A stretch of DNA of 61,795 nt, filler included. It is 4 parts of 4 records of this genome, joined end to end, with 100 filler letters (N's around TTAATTAATTAA, not from the genome) between each part and the next. Parts side by side here need not be neighbours in the genome. Positions count along the whole stretch, not along the records: positions 13,766 to 33,357 come from DRR723986_10389; 3 more parts are not named here. One strand, written 5' to 3'. The position numbers and the translations under genes were made by a program. Numbering within the stretch: the stretch's first letter is position 1; each line of letters begins with the position of its first letter. The notes beneath the pieces were generated by a model, which was given only the letters and a program-made list of their open reading frames with translations, searched no databases and was not told the DNA's origin. Below, in pieces: positions 19,360-28,901 of this stretch.

Positions 19360-20166
19360 GTGATTTGCTTTCACGGTGCCGTGAACCGTGAAACCCGCGA
19401 AATCCCAGCCTTTACTCCCTTCTTGCCAAATGTTGATCAATACGCGCACCAGCTTCTGATCTCCGACCCCTCGATGATGCTCGATGGGGAATTCAGCATG
19501 TCTTGGTATGCAGGTGATTCAGCTTTCGACAGCCAGAAAGTTCTCCCCGACTTCTTTCAGGCAATCTGTGATTTTCTAGAGATAGACCGGACGATTTACC
19601 TGGGGACTTCTGGGGGCGGATTTGGCGCTCTCTATTATGCTTGGCACCATCCTGGTAGCGTCGTTATCGCAGGCAACCCACAGACCCGCATTCAGGACTA
19701 TTACGCGGGTCACGTCGAAAGATACCGGAGCGCCTGCTGGCCTGACATTGCAGATATCAAAGCCATGGAAGACACGATCTGCACAGATGTCCGAAAACTC
19801 TACGCCGAGCGTTTCGAAAATCTTGTCATCTATGTTCAAGCAAATTCGGATGCCTTCCATTTGTTGAACCACATGGCCCCCTTCATGAGCGCCGTTGCTC
19901 ACCACAAGGGAAAAAACCTGATTTGCAATCTCGACTACTGGGGTAAGATCGGACATAGCCCCACATTTGAGGCCTTCCAACCTTGGCTACAGGCTGCCCT
20001 TAGCACGCCAGACCTAACGGTAGAGAACGTCATCAAAAGCAAAGCTGCTTTCCAGGTCCAACCTTATGCAGCGCCGACCCCAAAGCAGGATGGCCAACCC
20101 CGTAAATTTGATTCAATCGATGTCCAAAAATCTGATATTATTCGCAATTGGCTTTTACAGAGCTAG
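19360..20166 (+). CDS. Alpha/beta-hydrolase-fold protein (true start probably upstream)
   Basis: FHGA, ISDP, GTSGGG nucleophile elbow, NPQT and a late Asp/His; frame open back to 19210. Confidence 0.75.
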   Translation: MICFHGAVNRETREIPAFTPFLPNVDQYAHQLLISDPSMMLDGEFSMSWYAGDSAFDSQKVLPDFFQAICDFLEIDRTIYLGTSGGGFGALYYAWHHPGSVVIAGNPQTRIQDYYAGHVERYRSACWPDIADIKAMEDTICTDVRKLYAERFENLVIYVQANSDAFHLLNHMAPFMSAVAHHKGKNLICNLDYWGKIGHSPTFEAFQPWLQAALSTPDLTVENVIKSKAAFQVQPYAAPTPKQDGQPRKFDSIDVQKSDIIRNWLLQS

Positions 20167-20187
20167 CCTACCAGCAGGAACTGTTTC

Positions 20188-21222
20188 ATGACCAACCCAT
20201 ACAAGTCACAAGCAAAAAAAGCATTCTGGCGCCCCGCAATCGCCGAGCGGCACTATGCCGACCTCAGCGATCTATGGACCCCGCTCTCCCTCAAGAAAGA
20301 GCACAAGGTTGCGACGGCTGGCAGCTGTTTCGCCCAACACATTGGCAACAACCTTGCTATTCGCGGGGCGGACTTCATGGATATGGAACCGCGCCCTCCT
20401 CTGTTTGACTCCGACGCCGAGGCACGTCGGTTCGGCTTTGGGGTATTCTCTTGTCGGTATGGCAATATTTACACCACCCGACAGTTGCTACAGCTCTTTG
20501 ATGAGGCCCATGGAATCCGCATCCCAACCGAGCGGGTTTGGAAAAAAGGCGACAGGTTCTTTGATGCGATGCGCCCCAGTGTCGATCCTGTCGGCCAAGA
20601 CAGTGCCGAAACCGTAATCGCGCTCCGCGAGAAACACCTTGAGAAGGTGCGGGAAATGTTCCGTACTCTTGATCTGTTTGTGTTCACGATGGGACTGACT
20701 GAAGGCTGGGAAAGCCGCGAAGATGGCACCATGTATCCCATGGCTCCTGGAACCTTGGCCGGCTCTTATGATCCTGAATTGTATCAGTTCCATAATCTGC
20801 GGCACCGGGAAATTCTGGAAGATATGGAAGCCTTCTGGGCACGCCTGAAGTCCATCAACCCTGACGCCCGTATGCTGCTGACTGTCTCACCAGTTCCGTT
20901 GACAGCGACCGCAACGGACAACCACGTTTTGCCTGCAGCCGTCTATTCAAAGTCTGTGCTACGGGGTGTTGCAGGGGATTTGGCCGAAGATCACGAAGAC
21001 ATCTTCTATTTCCCCTCTTATGAAATCATCTCCTCGCACCCATCCGGGGGAATGTTCTTCAACCCAGACCAACGCACTGTGAACGCTTTTGGCGTGAACT
21101 ATGTGATGACTCATTTCTTTTCAGGACCGCTCGCAGAAGAGTTTCAAGCATCGGAGGCAGAAAAGCCCGAAGAGCTTGACCTCATTTGTGATGAAGAGAA
21201 GCTGGAACAGGCGCTCGATTGA
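20188..21222 (+). CDS. GSCFA domain protein (SGNH-like)
   Basis: AGSCFAQHI, RYGNIYT, FTMGLTE.W, LTVSPVPL, YSKSVLR, YFPSYEI. Confidence 0.92.
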   Translation: MTNPYKSQAKKAFWRPAIAERHYADLSDLWTPLSLKKEHKVATAGSCFAQHIGNNLAIRGADFMDMEPRPPLFDSDAEARRFGFGVFSCRYGNIYTTRQLLQLFDEAHGIRIPTERVWKKGDRFFDAMRPSVDPVGQDSAETVIALREKHLEKVREMFRTLDLFVFTMGLTEGWESREDGTMYPMAPGTLAGSYDPELYQFHNLRHREILEDMEAFWARLKSINPDARMLLTVSPVPLTATATDNHVLPAAVYSKSVLRGVAGDLAEDHEDIFYFPSYEIISSHPSGGMFFNPDQRTVNAFGVNYVMTHFFSGPLAEEFQASEAEKPEELDLICDEEKLEQALD

Positions 21223-21237
21223 CGCACACGTCAAAAC

Positions 21238-22617
21238 TTAATCCTTGCGGCACGCCGCAAGGATATCCTCGTGTGGGACATCAAATCCGAAATCGCCCTG
21301 ATACCGACGCGTCTCTTGCGGAAAGGGCAAATACAACTGATCCCGAGGCCCTGTCATATGCACAGCTTCCCAGCTGAGCTTATAAGCAGCGCGGGCATCA
21401 GACAGCCGTCCCTTTAAGCGAACCCCCAAAACAGGATCGCGGGTCAACCCCTGCTCAGTTGAGAGACAGATCATGCCAATCTGTGGGAACTGACGAATCT
21501 TTTCGCCCAGAACAGCCTCAGCCCGAGCGATCATCTCGCTATCAGCTCCAACCCGAACACTGTCCCAAGCCCCTAGTTTCTCTCGTAGAAATCGCGCTTC
21601 ATACAGTGCAGACACCGAAGAAATTCGCGTCACCCCATCCGGAGAAAACGGGTTCGCATTCACAATTGTGTCGAAATATCCGCTCGGCTGCATCCGCACC
21701 ATATAGGTAAGACTGGCACGGATGGGCGTTGCACCAGAGAGCGCTGCGGCCATATGCAACTCAAGACGGCGCGGATGGGCCCAATCATCAGAATCGTGAC
21801 AGGTAATCCAATCTCCGGTGACATTTTCAAGGGCAACATTGCGCGCCACATAAGGTCCGACGTTCCTCGAGAGCCGCCGCACCCGAAGTCGAGAATCTTT
21901 GCGCGCCAGCTTTTGCAGTACTTTCCAACTACTATCCGTACTGCAATCATCTACTGCGATGATTTCCAGGTTTTTCCAACTCTGATTCAATATGGACCAA
22001 ATGGCGTGCTCAACCGTATCGCTCGCATTTCGAACCGGCATGATGACCGATACCCGTGGGCCCCCTTCAACAGGGCGCGCCGGGCTTGCGGCCAGATCGT
22101 GAAAACGATCCACGCCCCCTTCGGACAATAAAATGGGCTCCATGTCGTAATGCGCCAAATATGCATTCACCGCTTCGTGCCACCCCAGCCGGTCCTTCTC
22201 AGCCAGTGCGGCATTTGCCTGCAAGATATTCAGAGTGTGGCGCTTGTCCGCCCCCAGATATTGCTCGGCCAACTGCAGCGCACGATGGTGTGCACCAGTG
22301 GCAAAAACCCTCTGTGCACCTAACAACACATGACCAAGATCAGGTTGCAAAATAGAATCGCCAGCCCCGCTCTGAGCACGCGTCAGAGCCGTCAGTGGCT
22401 CTGCATCTCCGACCAGAGAAGCAAATGCATTTTGGTAAAACCGGGTAGAAAAATCCGGCCCGGGATCTCTCCCGAGCCGGAACCCATATCTCAGATAATG
22501 AACCGCGGGGTCCATGCCAGTGGCCTCAACATCCGGATAGGTCGACATATACCAAGCTGCGTCGAACTTATCCGACCTGCGCAGAATCGATATGTCATCC
22601 GCCGAAACTGGCCACAT
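21238..22617 (-). CDS. Glycosyltransferase family 2, paralog of 17814-19193
   Basis: Same length (459 aa) and shared motifs: FDAAWY, GMDP..HY, GPYVARN, HDSDDWAHP, ASLTYMVRMQP, GADSEMI. Confidence 0.92.
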   Translation of the reverse strand: MWPVSADDISILRRSDKFDAAWYMSTYPDVEATGMDPAVHYLRYGFRLGRDPGPDFSTRFYQNAFASLVGDAEPLTALTRAQSGAGDSILQPDLGHVLLGAQRVFATGAHHRALQLAEQYLGADKRHTLNILQANAALAEKDRLGWHEAVNAYLAHYDMEPILLSEGGVDRFHDLAASPARPVEGGPRVSVIMPVRNASDTVEHAIWSILNQSWKNLEIIAVDDCSTDSSWKVLQKLARKDSRLRVRRLSRNVGPYVARNVALENVTGDWITCHDSDDWAHPRRLELHMAAALSGATPIRASLTYMVRMQPSGYFDTIVNANPFSPDGVTRISSVSALYEARFLREKLGAWDSVRVGADSEMIARAEAVLGEKIRQFPQIGMICLSTEQGLTRDPVLGVRLKGRLSDARAAYKLSWEAVHMTGPRDQLYLPFPQETRRYQGDFGFDVPHEDILAACRKD

Positions 22618-22620
22618 AGC

Positions 22621-23910
22621 TTACAATCTCAGATCGCTATCCTCAGCGCCAAAGGCTGCCTTGAGGTCAAAGAACACCCCGTTGGGTTTCAGCAACTGAC
22701 GCACAGCCTGTGCACCGCCAGCGATGATGTCCTCATGTGGGACCGCCAGAATGGTCGCGTCATAATCCGCTTCCGAAGGGATCTCTTTGCTGATCTCAAG
22801 CCCATACTCTTCGGCAACCTCTGCAGGGTCGGCCCATGTGTCGACAATATCAACATCCATGCCATACCCTTTGAGATGATCAACAAGATCAACCACTTTT
22901 GTGTTCCGCGTGTCTGGGCAATTCTCTTTAAAGGTCACACCAACGATCAGGACTTTGGCATTTTTCACCTGCAAATCACTTGCGATCATTGCCTTAACCA
23001 ACCGGGCCACAGCATTACGTGCCATACCGTCGTTGATTTCACGCGCTGTACGAATGATGTCTGGGATGTGCCCCGAAGACGCCGCCTTGTGCATCAGATA
23101 ATAGGGGTCCACGCCAATGCAGTGCCCACCGACAAGACCGGGACGCAAGCGGATGAAGTTCCATTTGGTCGCGGCCGCATCAATGACCTCGTTTGTATCA
23201 ATGCCCAGATGTGAAAAGACAATCGACAGTTCGTTGATCAACGCGATGTTCACATCCCGCTGCGTGTTCTCGATTACCTTGGCGGCTTCAGCCACACGGA
23301 TCGACGCCGCCCGGAACGTGCCTGCCTCGATGATACTGGCATAGAATGCATCAACAAACTCAGACACTTCTGTGGTTGAGCCCGACGTCACTTTCATAAT
23401 CTTGGTCAATGGACGTTCTTTGTCGCCCGGGTTGATCCGCTCAGGGCTATAGCCGGCAAAGAAATCTTGATTGAATGTCAATCCAGAGACCTCTTCGACC
23501 ACCGGCAGACAGTCTTCTTCAGTTGCGCCGGGATAAACGGTCGATTCATAGATGACCACGTCACCCTGGCTAATCGCGCGACCAACGGTTTGCGACGCCG
23601 AAATCAGCGGACGCAGATTTGGGCGGTGCGAGGCATCAATGGGCGTCGGGACCGCAATAACAAAGACATTGCAATCTTTCAGGTCAGCTTCGTCGCTGGA
23701 AAACACCAGATGCGGCGATGCGGCGAGCTCATCTCCTGTGACCTCTCCCGTTGCATCATGGCCATCGCCAAGCTCAGCAATTCGGCCTTGTTTGAGGTCA
23801 AACCCAACTGTTGGATACAATTTCCCCAATTCAACGGCCAGCGGTAACCCCACATAGCCCAAACCAATGATTGCAACACGTACGTCTTTAAGAGTTAGTG
23901 AAAAATCCAC
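22621..23910 (-). CDS. UDP-N-acetylhexosamine 6-dehydrogenase (TviB/WbpO/WecC family)
   Basis: GLGYVG, AVPTP, YESTVYPG, YSPERINPG, GGHCIGVDP, FKENCPD.RN. Confidence 0.93.
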   Translation of the reverse strand: MDFSLTLKDVRVAIIGLGYVGLPLAVELGKLYPTVGFDLKQGRIAELGDGHDATGEVTGDELAASPHLVFSSDEADLKDCNVFVIAVPTPIDASHRPNLRPLISASQTVGRAISQGDVVIYESTVYPGATEEDCLPVVEEVSGLTFNQDFFAGYSPERINPGDKERPLTKIMKVTSGSTTEVSEFVDAFYASIIEAGTFRAASIRVAEAAKVIENTQRDVNIALINELSIVFSHLGIDTNEVIDAAATKWNFIRLRPGLVGGHCIGVDPYYLMHKAASSGHIPDIIRTAREINDGMARNAVARLVKAMIASDLQVKNAKVLIVGVTFKENCPDTRNTKVVDLVDHLKGYGMDVDIVDTWADPAEVAEEYGLEISKEIPSEADYDATILAVPHEDIIAGGAQAVRQLLKPNGVFFDLKAAFGAEDSDLRL

Positions 23911-24183
23911 AGTAGCATCTCACAATTTCCAATAAATTCTGCTCGGTGTCATTCCACGAGTCCGGTGAGAAGTCAATTTTCTTTCCGTAAAAAGCGCGCG
24001 CCTTTCAAAACCTCTAACGCCGCTGACCTTAGCTGTCGCAACGAAGTTCAGGCCCAAGTTTACCTGATGTCTTTCTGCACATGCGACCTGAACACCGCGG
24101 TGACCCGTTGAACACGGGTTTCCAAAGCGATCAGGCCGCTAGATTTTAATGCGCTTGGTCGAAATCACCAACAAAACATGATG

Positions 24184-24513
24184 TCAGAAATCCAGAATAT
24201 TCTCTGCCGGGGGTTCAATGTGATGGGACGGCAGCGAAACGGGGCCGTCCTCAGTCACACTAAGCATGCCCGGAAATAGGGTCTCTTGCGGGGCATCTGC
24301 CCCATGAGGCAATATAATTTGAACGTGCAAAACACCCGCCTCCCGCCGAACCTCCCCTGTAATCCAGGAACAGCCAATCGCGTTGGCCGGCAAAAAGTCG
24401 CCGTCAGCCAATGAACTGAAATCAAAAACGTCACCGTTCATGACCAGACTATCCCCCAACCGCGCAAGCTTCAGTGTTTCATCCCGACGCATCGGGGAAA
24501 AAATAATTTTCAT
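24184..24513 (-). CDS. Putative tail-fibre assembly chaperone
   Basis: GGAGG RBS right after the fibre stop codon (11-nt gap); MKI.FSP.R.D..L.....GD.L..NG..FDFS.L.DG..LP pattern resembles small proteins that follow phage fibres. Confidence 0.7.
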   Translation of the reverse strand: MKIIFSPMRRDETLKLARLGDSLVMNGDVFDFSSLADGDFLPANAIGCSWITGEVRREAGVLHVQIILPHGADAPQETLFPGMLSVTEDGPVSLPSHHIEPPAENILDF

Positions 24514-24524
24514 GCCTTACCTCC

Positions 24525-25931
24525 TCAGAACCACCGACCAATTGCCGTGCAACGATAGGTGACATTCGTCGCCGTATTCGTTGTGCCCACTCGATATACT
24601 TCCACTGAACCAGTTCCCGGCAATTCAGCGGTAAACCAAGCGTCGGGCGCCCCACTCTGGCCGGGGCTAACCTGTGTGTTGGATCCAGCCACAAACACCG
24701 CAGGAAAGGTCACGGTTTCAGCAACGGTACGATACAACGCTCCCGTCGCGATATTCTGAGCGTTTCCTGAGGTTTTTTCGCACCAGCAAATCTGCGTCCC
24801 ATCCGCAAAGCGCACATACTCACCATTGGCATTGACGCCCCGCTCGATCACCGCGCCGGTGGGTTGCCCCGCGTCCTGAGACACCGCGCCGATGATATTG
24901 CCGCTGTCAATCAGACGTCTCCAATCACCAACAGTGCCTGAATGCTTAGTGTTCCACCAGACATCCGTACTGCCTACATCCCTCTGGCCTGCAACCAAGC
25001 CAAAGGCATAATCATCCCCCCGCGTCAGCAGCAATGCGTTCCAATTATCACTATGCGGCGTGTCATTCGCCCCAGACGCCGCAGAAGGGCGCGCGTAATA
25101 AAACCCGGTCTTGTTGCCTTGGGAAAACAGGTCTCCGCTCAAGCTGGACAGGTGCCGGCCCAAGCCATGGGCCCCATTCAGCAGCACCCGCCCGTCAGTA
25201 GTGTCATAATTTTCATCTTGCACCGCACTGCCGGTTAGAGGTGCATCCAGCACAAATGAAGCATCAGACAAGACAGCCCGAGGTGTGCCAGATGGAGCGA
25301 GGCGCACTTCCTGTGCCGAGGGGTCCGCACGCAACATCTCATGCCACGTATTGCCATCCGCACTGGCCTTCACAGCAAAAGCCGTATCTCCGACCAAGCC
25401 CATTTCCGCATGGCCAGTCCAATTTGACTGGAACAGCAAGCTCGCGGTTTCTGCGTCGCTTGCCTTGTTGACCTTGATCTGATGTCCTGCTCCGGCATGG
25501 CTGAAAAGACTGGCCTGCGACGCCACTGCGAGACGATTGACCGCATCTGAATCAAGGCCGATCCCAACCCCATTCAGGTTCTGCAACATATCTCCAAAGG
25601 CAATCCATCCGCCGTCTTTGAAGACAACCAGAACACCTGCTTCCAGATTCCACGCTTGCCAGCCTTCTTGTGGCGTTAAAAACAACCACTGGCCATCCTG
25701 CCATTGGGCCAATTTGCCCGCCTGCCCGGCCCAGACGCCGCTTGCCCCCGCGCCTAGATCAAAAATGGCGCCCTCAGCCGGAAGCGCGGGCGGCGTATTC
25801 TGCCCCACATCCGTCAACACCAACTGAATAATCCCATCCAGAAGCCGCAGGGCTTCGTTATGGGTGACATGTTTTTGGGCCTGTGACGGAGCAATAACCG
25901 GCAGCCCCAACCGAGCGGTAGTGTCGGGCAT
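24525..25931 (-). CDS. DUF2793-domain protein with phage tail-fibre C-terminus (GTA tail-fibre-like)
   Basis: N-terminal LP.IAPSQAQKHVTHNEAL..LD (DUF2793); central DTTDGRVLLNGAHGLG; C-terminal ERGVNANGEYVRFADGTQICW...FPAVF...AIGRWF; AAGGA RBS before ATG 25931. Confidence 0.85.
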   Translation of the reverse strand: MPDTTARLGLPVIAPSQAQKHVTHNEALRLLDGIIQLVLTDVGQNTPPALPAEGAIFDLGAGASGVWAGQAGKLAQWQDGQWLFLTPQEGWQAWNLEAGVLVVFKDGGWIAFGDMLQNLNGVGIGLDSDAVNRLAVASQASLFSHAGAGHQIKVNKASDAETASLLFQSNWTGHAEMGLVGDTAFAVKASADGNTWHEMLRADPSAQEVRLAPSGTPRAVLSDASFVLDAPLTGSAVQDENYDTTDGRVLLNGAHGLGRHLSSLSGDLFSQGNKTGFYYARPSAASGANDTPHSDNWNALLLTRGDDYAFGLVAGQRDVGSTDVWWNTKHSGTVGDWRRLIDSGNIIGAVSQDAGQPTGAVIERGVNANGEYVRFADGTQICWCEKTSGNAQNIATGALYRTVAETVTFPAVFVAGSNTQVSPGQSGAPDAWFTAELPGTGSVEVYRVGTTNTATNVTYRCTAIGRWF

Positions 25932-26056
25932 GAAAAGCACATCCTTATATGTGTTGCGTGGATGGCCCGACTTGTACATGTCTGCACTAAACAGCCCGTG
26001 AAATGACCGTTCTTTACTCTTGTTAACTTTTGACGATCACACCTCGTCACACAGAT

Positions 26057-26080
26057 ACGGCCCCGCCAAGGCAGGGCCGT
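26057..26080 (-). terminator. GC-rich hairpin downstream of wza
   Basis: ACGGCCC-C-GCC-AA-GGC-A-GGGCCGT; no clear U-tract. Confidence 0.45.
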
Positions 26081-26120
26081 TCGATCGCTGTAAACCGTTC
26101 AAAAGGTTAAGGTCTTACGC

Positions 26121-27236
26121 TTATATTGCGCCAGCCGCGTTAAAGACCCCAAAGAAGTTACCCACGATATTCGAAATCGTCAGTACATCATTGACCGGCG
26201 ACTCAGTGGCCAAGACCAGATCATTCGGCTGAATTTGAAAATTACGCGCTGAGAACAATCCATCAAATGTCGTCAAATCGATCGAGAATACAGTGCGCGT
26301 ATTACGCGGACCGCGCACACCCGGCCCAACAGCCGAAGCGGGATATTCCCGTAAAATCAACAAGCCCTTGGGATCGGCCTTATTATCTTTCACCCCCCCA
26401 ATGATAGAAACCGCATCCATTGCCGACAGCTCATCTTGGGTAAACGTGTGCAGGTCTTCCTTTCCCGTTGCCCCGAAAGACAAGAAATACCGCTTATCGG
26501 CCTCTACAAAAACCTGATCACCCGCTCGCAAAAGGGTGTCATAGCTGGGCTTGTCCAACAATTTTTCAACCGACGTCCCATAAATCGAATTCCCCCGAAC
26601 CAACCGGATCTGTGGGTTGTTCAATGTCAGGTTCACACCACCGCCATCAGACAGCAAACTGCGCACAGTATAGTTTCGGTCAGGCATCGGATAACTACCC
26701 GGATCCTGAACCCCGCCAATCAACTCAACCGAGTTTCCGCGCCCTTCACTCATCGTCAACTGAACCTGCGCCGAAGGAGCAATCACTTCCAGATCGCTCT
26801 GCAACCGCTCACGAGCCAGATCCGGGGTCAGACCAACAACACTGATATTCCCCACATAAGGGACAAAAACAGTTCCGTTTGAAGCAACCCGTACTTTTTC
26901 CAGTGGTACAGAGCGTTGCAACTCTGTGGTCAACAGCGAGTTTTCGCTGTTGTCCCAAATATTCAATGACAGCGTGTCGCCCGCGCGAATGATCTGTGTC
27001 TCCGCGCCTCTGCTCCCCTGCATCCAGGACAGACGCTCATGCTTGCCTGTTGCCGGCCATTGCTTAACTGTAGGGACGAAAGCGCGGTTCACCATATAGA
27101 TCGCGAATTCACCACTCTCTTCCTGAACCTGGTCGATAATTTCATTGCTCGCCGGGGCTCCGGCAGGCAAACGACCACAAGATACAAGCCCAAGACACAG
27201 ACTCATCAGAACAAAGAATTTAAGAAGGGGCTTCAT
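26121..27236 (-). CDS. wza: Polysaccharide export outer-membrane lipoprotein (Wza/OPX family)
   Basis: Lipobox LVSC; GDTLSLNIWD, G.VFVPYVG.I.V.GLT PES motif; SLBB-like repeats. Confidence 0.88.
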   Translation of the reverse strand: MKPLLKFFVLMSLCLGLVSCGRLPAGAPASNEIIDQVQEESGEFAIYMVNRAFVPTVKQWPATGKHERLSWMQGSRGAETQIIRAGDTLSLNIWDNSENSLLTTELQRSVPLEKVRVASNGTVFVPYVGNISVVGLTPDLARERLQSDLEVIAPSAQVQLTMSEGRGNSVELIGGVQDPGSYPMPDRNYTVRSLLSDGGGVNLTLNNPQIRLVRGNSIYGTSVEKLLDKPSYDTLLRAGDQVFVEADKRYFLSFGATGKEDLHTFTQDELSAMDAVSIIGGVKDNKADPKGLLILREYPASAVGPGVRGPRNTRTVFSIDLTTFDGLFSARNFQIQPNDLVLATESPVNDVLTISNIVGNFFGVFNAAGAI

Positions 27237-27334
27237 TTGAAGAACAGGCCTGCGTACAAAATGAATGGGACCTCACAAGAGGTGCACGAACACTAACGGC
27301 TTGCAAAGTTCCGTCAACATTTACAAGAGCGAAC

Positions 27335-28204
27335 ATGCGTTTTCCTGATATTTTGATCTTAGGGGCCACGAGCCGAATTGGTAAAATCCTCCATAAAACA
27401 TGGCCTTCTTCTCTCCAAACGCGCTGGCAAACACGCCAGCCTCTGCCCGCTCCCTTTCCTGGGTGGGTCAGCGTCTCGCCGCTTTCGGATCAGCCCGCCC
27501 TGCAGGTCGCCGCAGCGGGGTGTCAGACGATTCTGTGCCTATCTGGGGTTATTCCCGGCCGCGTAACGCCTTCGTCGCCTCTGTCTGACAACGTCGATCT
27601 GGCGCTGGCCGCAATCGAAGCCGGAGCCGCGACCGGCGCCCGGGTGCTCCTGTGCTCTTCCGCCGCCGTGTATGGCAATCAAAGCCTGCCCTTGCACGAA
27701 ACCTCCCCCCTCGTGCCAGCCGCGCCCTATGGTCAGGCCAAGCTTGAGATGGAGCAGGCCGTCGCGATCAGAGCGCAAGAACTCGGGGTGACCTATTGTA
27801 CCCTCCGGATCGGAAATATCGCCGGAATAGACTCTATTTTGGGTGGGTGGCAGCCTGGATTTACGCTGGATCAATTTGCAGATGGTCGCACCCCGCAGCG
27901 CAGCTACATAGGAGCGATCACCCTGGCGCAGGTGCTTGCAGATCTGGTTCAGGCCCCAGATCTTCCGACAACTTTGAACATCGCCAGTCCCGATGTCGTT
28001 GAAATGGGTAAATTACTCGACGCGGCTGGCTTGCTCTGGACCCCCCGCCCGGCGCAAACCGGCGCAATCGCACGCGTCAGCCTTGACACCACACGCCTCA
28101 AACGTCTCATTCCACGCGCCGCTACCCACGAGACCCCGGAACAGATGGTCGCTCAATGGCGCGAATTAGAGCCACATATAACCCCAAGACAGGACCGCCC
28201 ATGA
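27335..28204 (+). CDS. NAD-dependent epimerase/dehydratase family protein
   Basis: LGATSRIG, SSAAVYG, YGQAK (YxxxK), LRIGN. Confidence 0.85.
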   Translation: MRFPDILILGATSRIGKILHKTWPSSLQTRWQTRQPLPAPFPGWVSVSPLSDQPALQVAAAGCQTILCLSGVIPGRVTPSSPLSDNVDLALAAIEAGAATGARVLLCSSAAVYGNQSLPLHETSPLVPAAPYGQAKLEMEQAVAIRAQELGVTYCTLRIGNIAGIDSILGGWQPGFTLDQFADGRTPQRSYIGAITLAQVLADLVQAPDLPTTLNIASPDVVEMGKLLDAAGLLWTPRPAQTGAIARVSLDTTRLKRLIPRAATHETPEQMVAQWRELEPHITPRQDRP

Positions 28205-28815
28205 CCTGGAGCAAACGCCTCTTCGATCTGTTTTTTGCCAGCCTCCTGGTTCTGCTGTTGTGGCCCATTATGATCGGGCTGATCCTCTGGTTGCTGCTGC
28301 GTCAGGGGCGGCCGCTCTTTTACCCAGCGGAACGCATGAAAGGCATCGGACAACCTTTTACCCTGTGGAAACTGCGCACGATGACCGTAGTGGACGAAGA
28401 TTCAGGTGTCTCGGGCGGCGACAAAGAATCCCGCATTACCCCGATCGGAGCCCGCCTACGATCCAAACGTCTAGATGAGCTGCCACAGCTGTGGAACATC
28501 CTCAAAGGCGATCTGAGCTTTGTAGGCCCCCGCCCGCCCTTGCGTCAGTACGTCGAACAGTTTCCCGAAATCTACGGCAAAGTGCTGAGATCCCGCCCCG
28601 GTGTCACGGGGCTGGCCACCCTCTCCTACCACAGTCACGAAAACACGCTCCTGACGCGCTGCGAAACACCCGAGGAAACCGACGCAGTCTACGCCCGCAG
28701 CTGTGTGCCACGCAAAGCTCGACTGGACCTGATCTATCAGCGCCACCAGAATATGTGCTATGATTTTGATCTGGTATTCCAGACCATCGGCGGTTTGTTC
28801 AGCAAAGGGAAATAG
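28201..28815 (+). CDS. Priming sugar transferase (polyprenyl-phosphate phosphoglycosyl transferase)
   Basis: KRLFD, KLRTM, LDELPQLWNILKGDLSFVGPRP, RPGVTG; ATGA overlap with the upstream gene. Confidence 0.93.
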   Translation: MTWSKRLFDLFFASLLVLLLWPIMIGLILWLLLRQGRPLFYPAERMKGIGQPFTLWKLRTMTVVDEDSGVSGGDKESRITPIGARLRSKRLDELPQLWNILKGDLSFVGPRPPLRQYVEQFPEIYGKVLRSRPGVTGLATLSYHSHENTLLTRCETPEETDAVYARSCVPRKARLDLIYQRHQNMCYDFDLVFQTIGGLFSKGK

Positions 28816-28901
28816 CGCGTGCGGCATCCCTAGCCATGCTTCGGTTTCCATGTCGCCGCAAGGGTTTGACCGGGACCTGAATTTCCCTCTAGAGAGGGAT
28901 T

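Noticed and set aside
23989-24006. AAAGCGCGCGCCTTT as another parS copy
   Set aside because: Shares the CGCGCG core, but the arms are inverted relative to GTTTC/GAAAC.
24184-25931. Prophage
   Set aside because: No other phage structural, packaging, lysis or integration genes on the contig.
25932-26120. CtrA site upstream of the tail-fibre gene
   Set aside because: Only isolated TTAAC half-sites; no TTAA-N7-TTAA.
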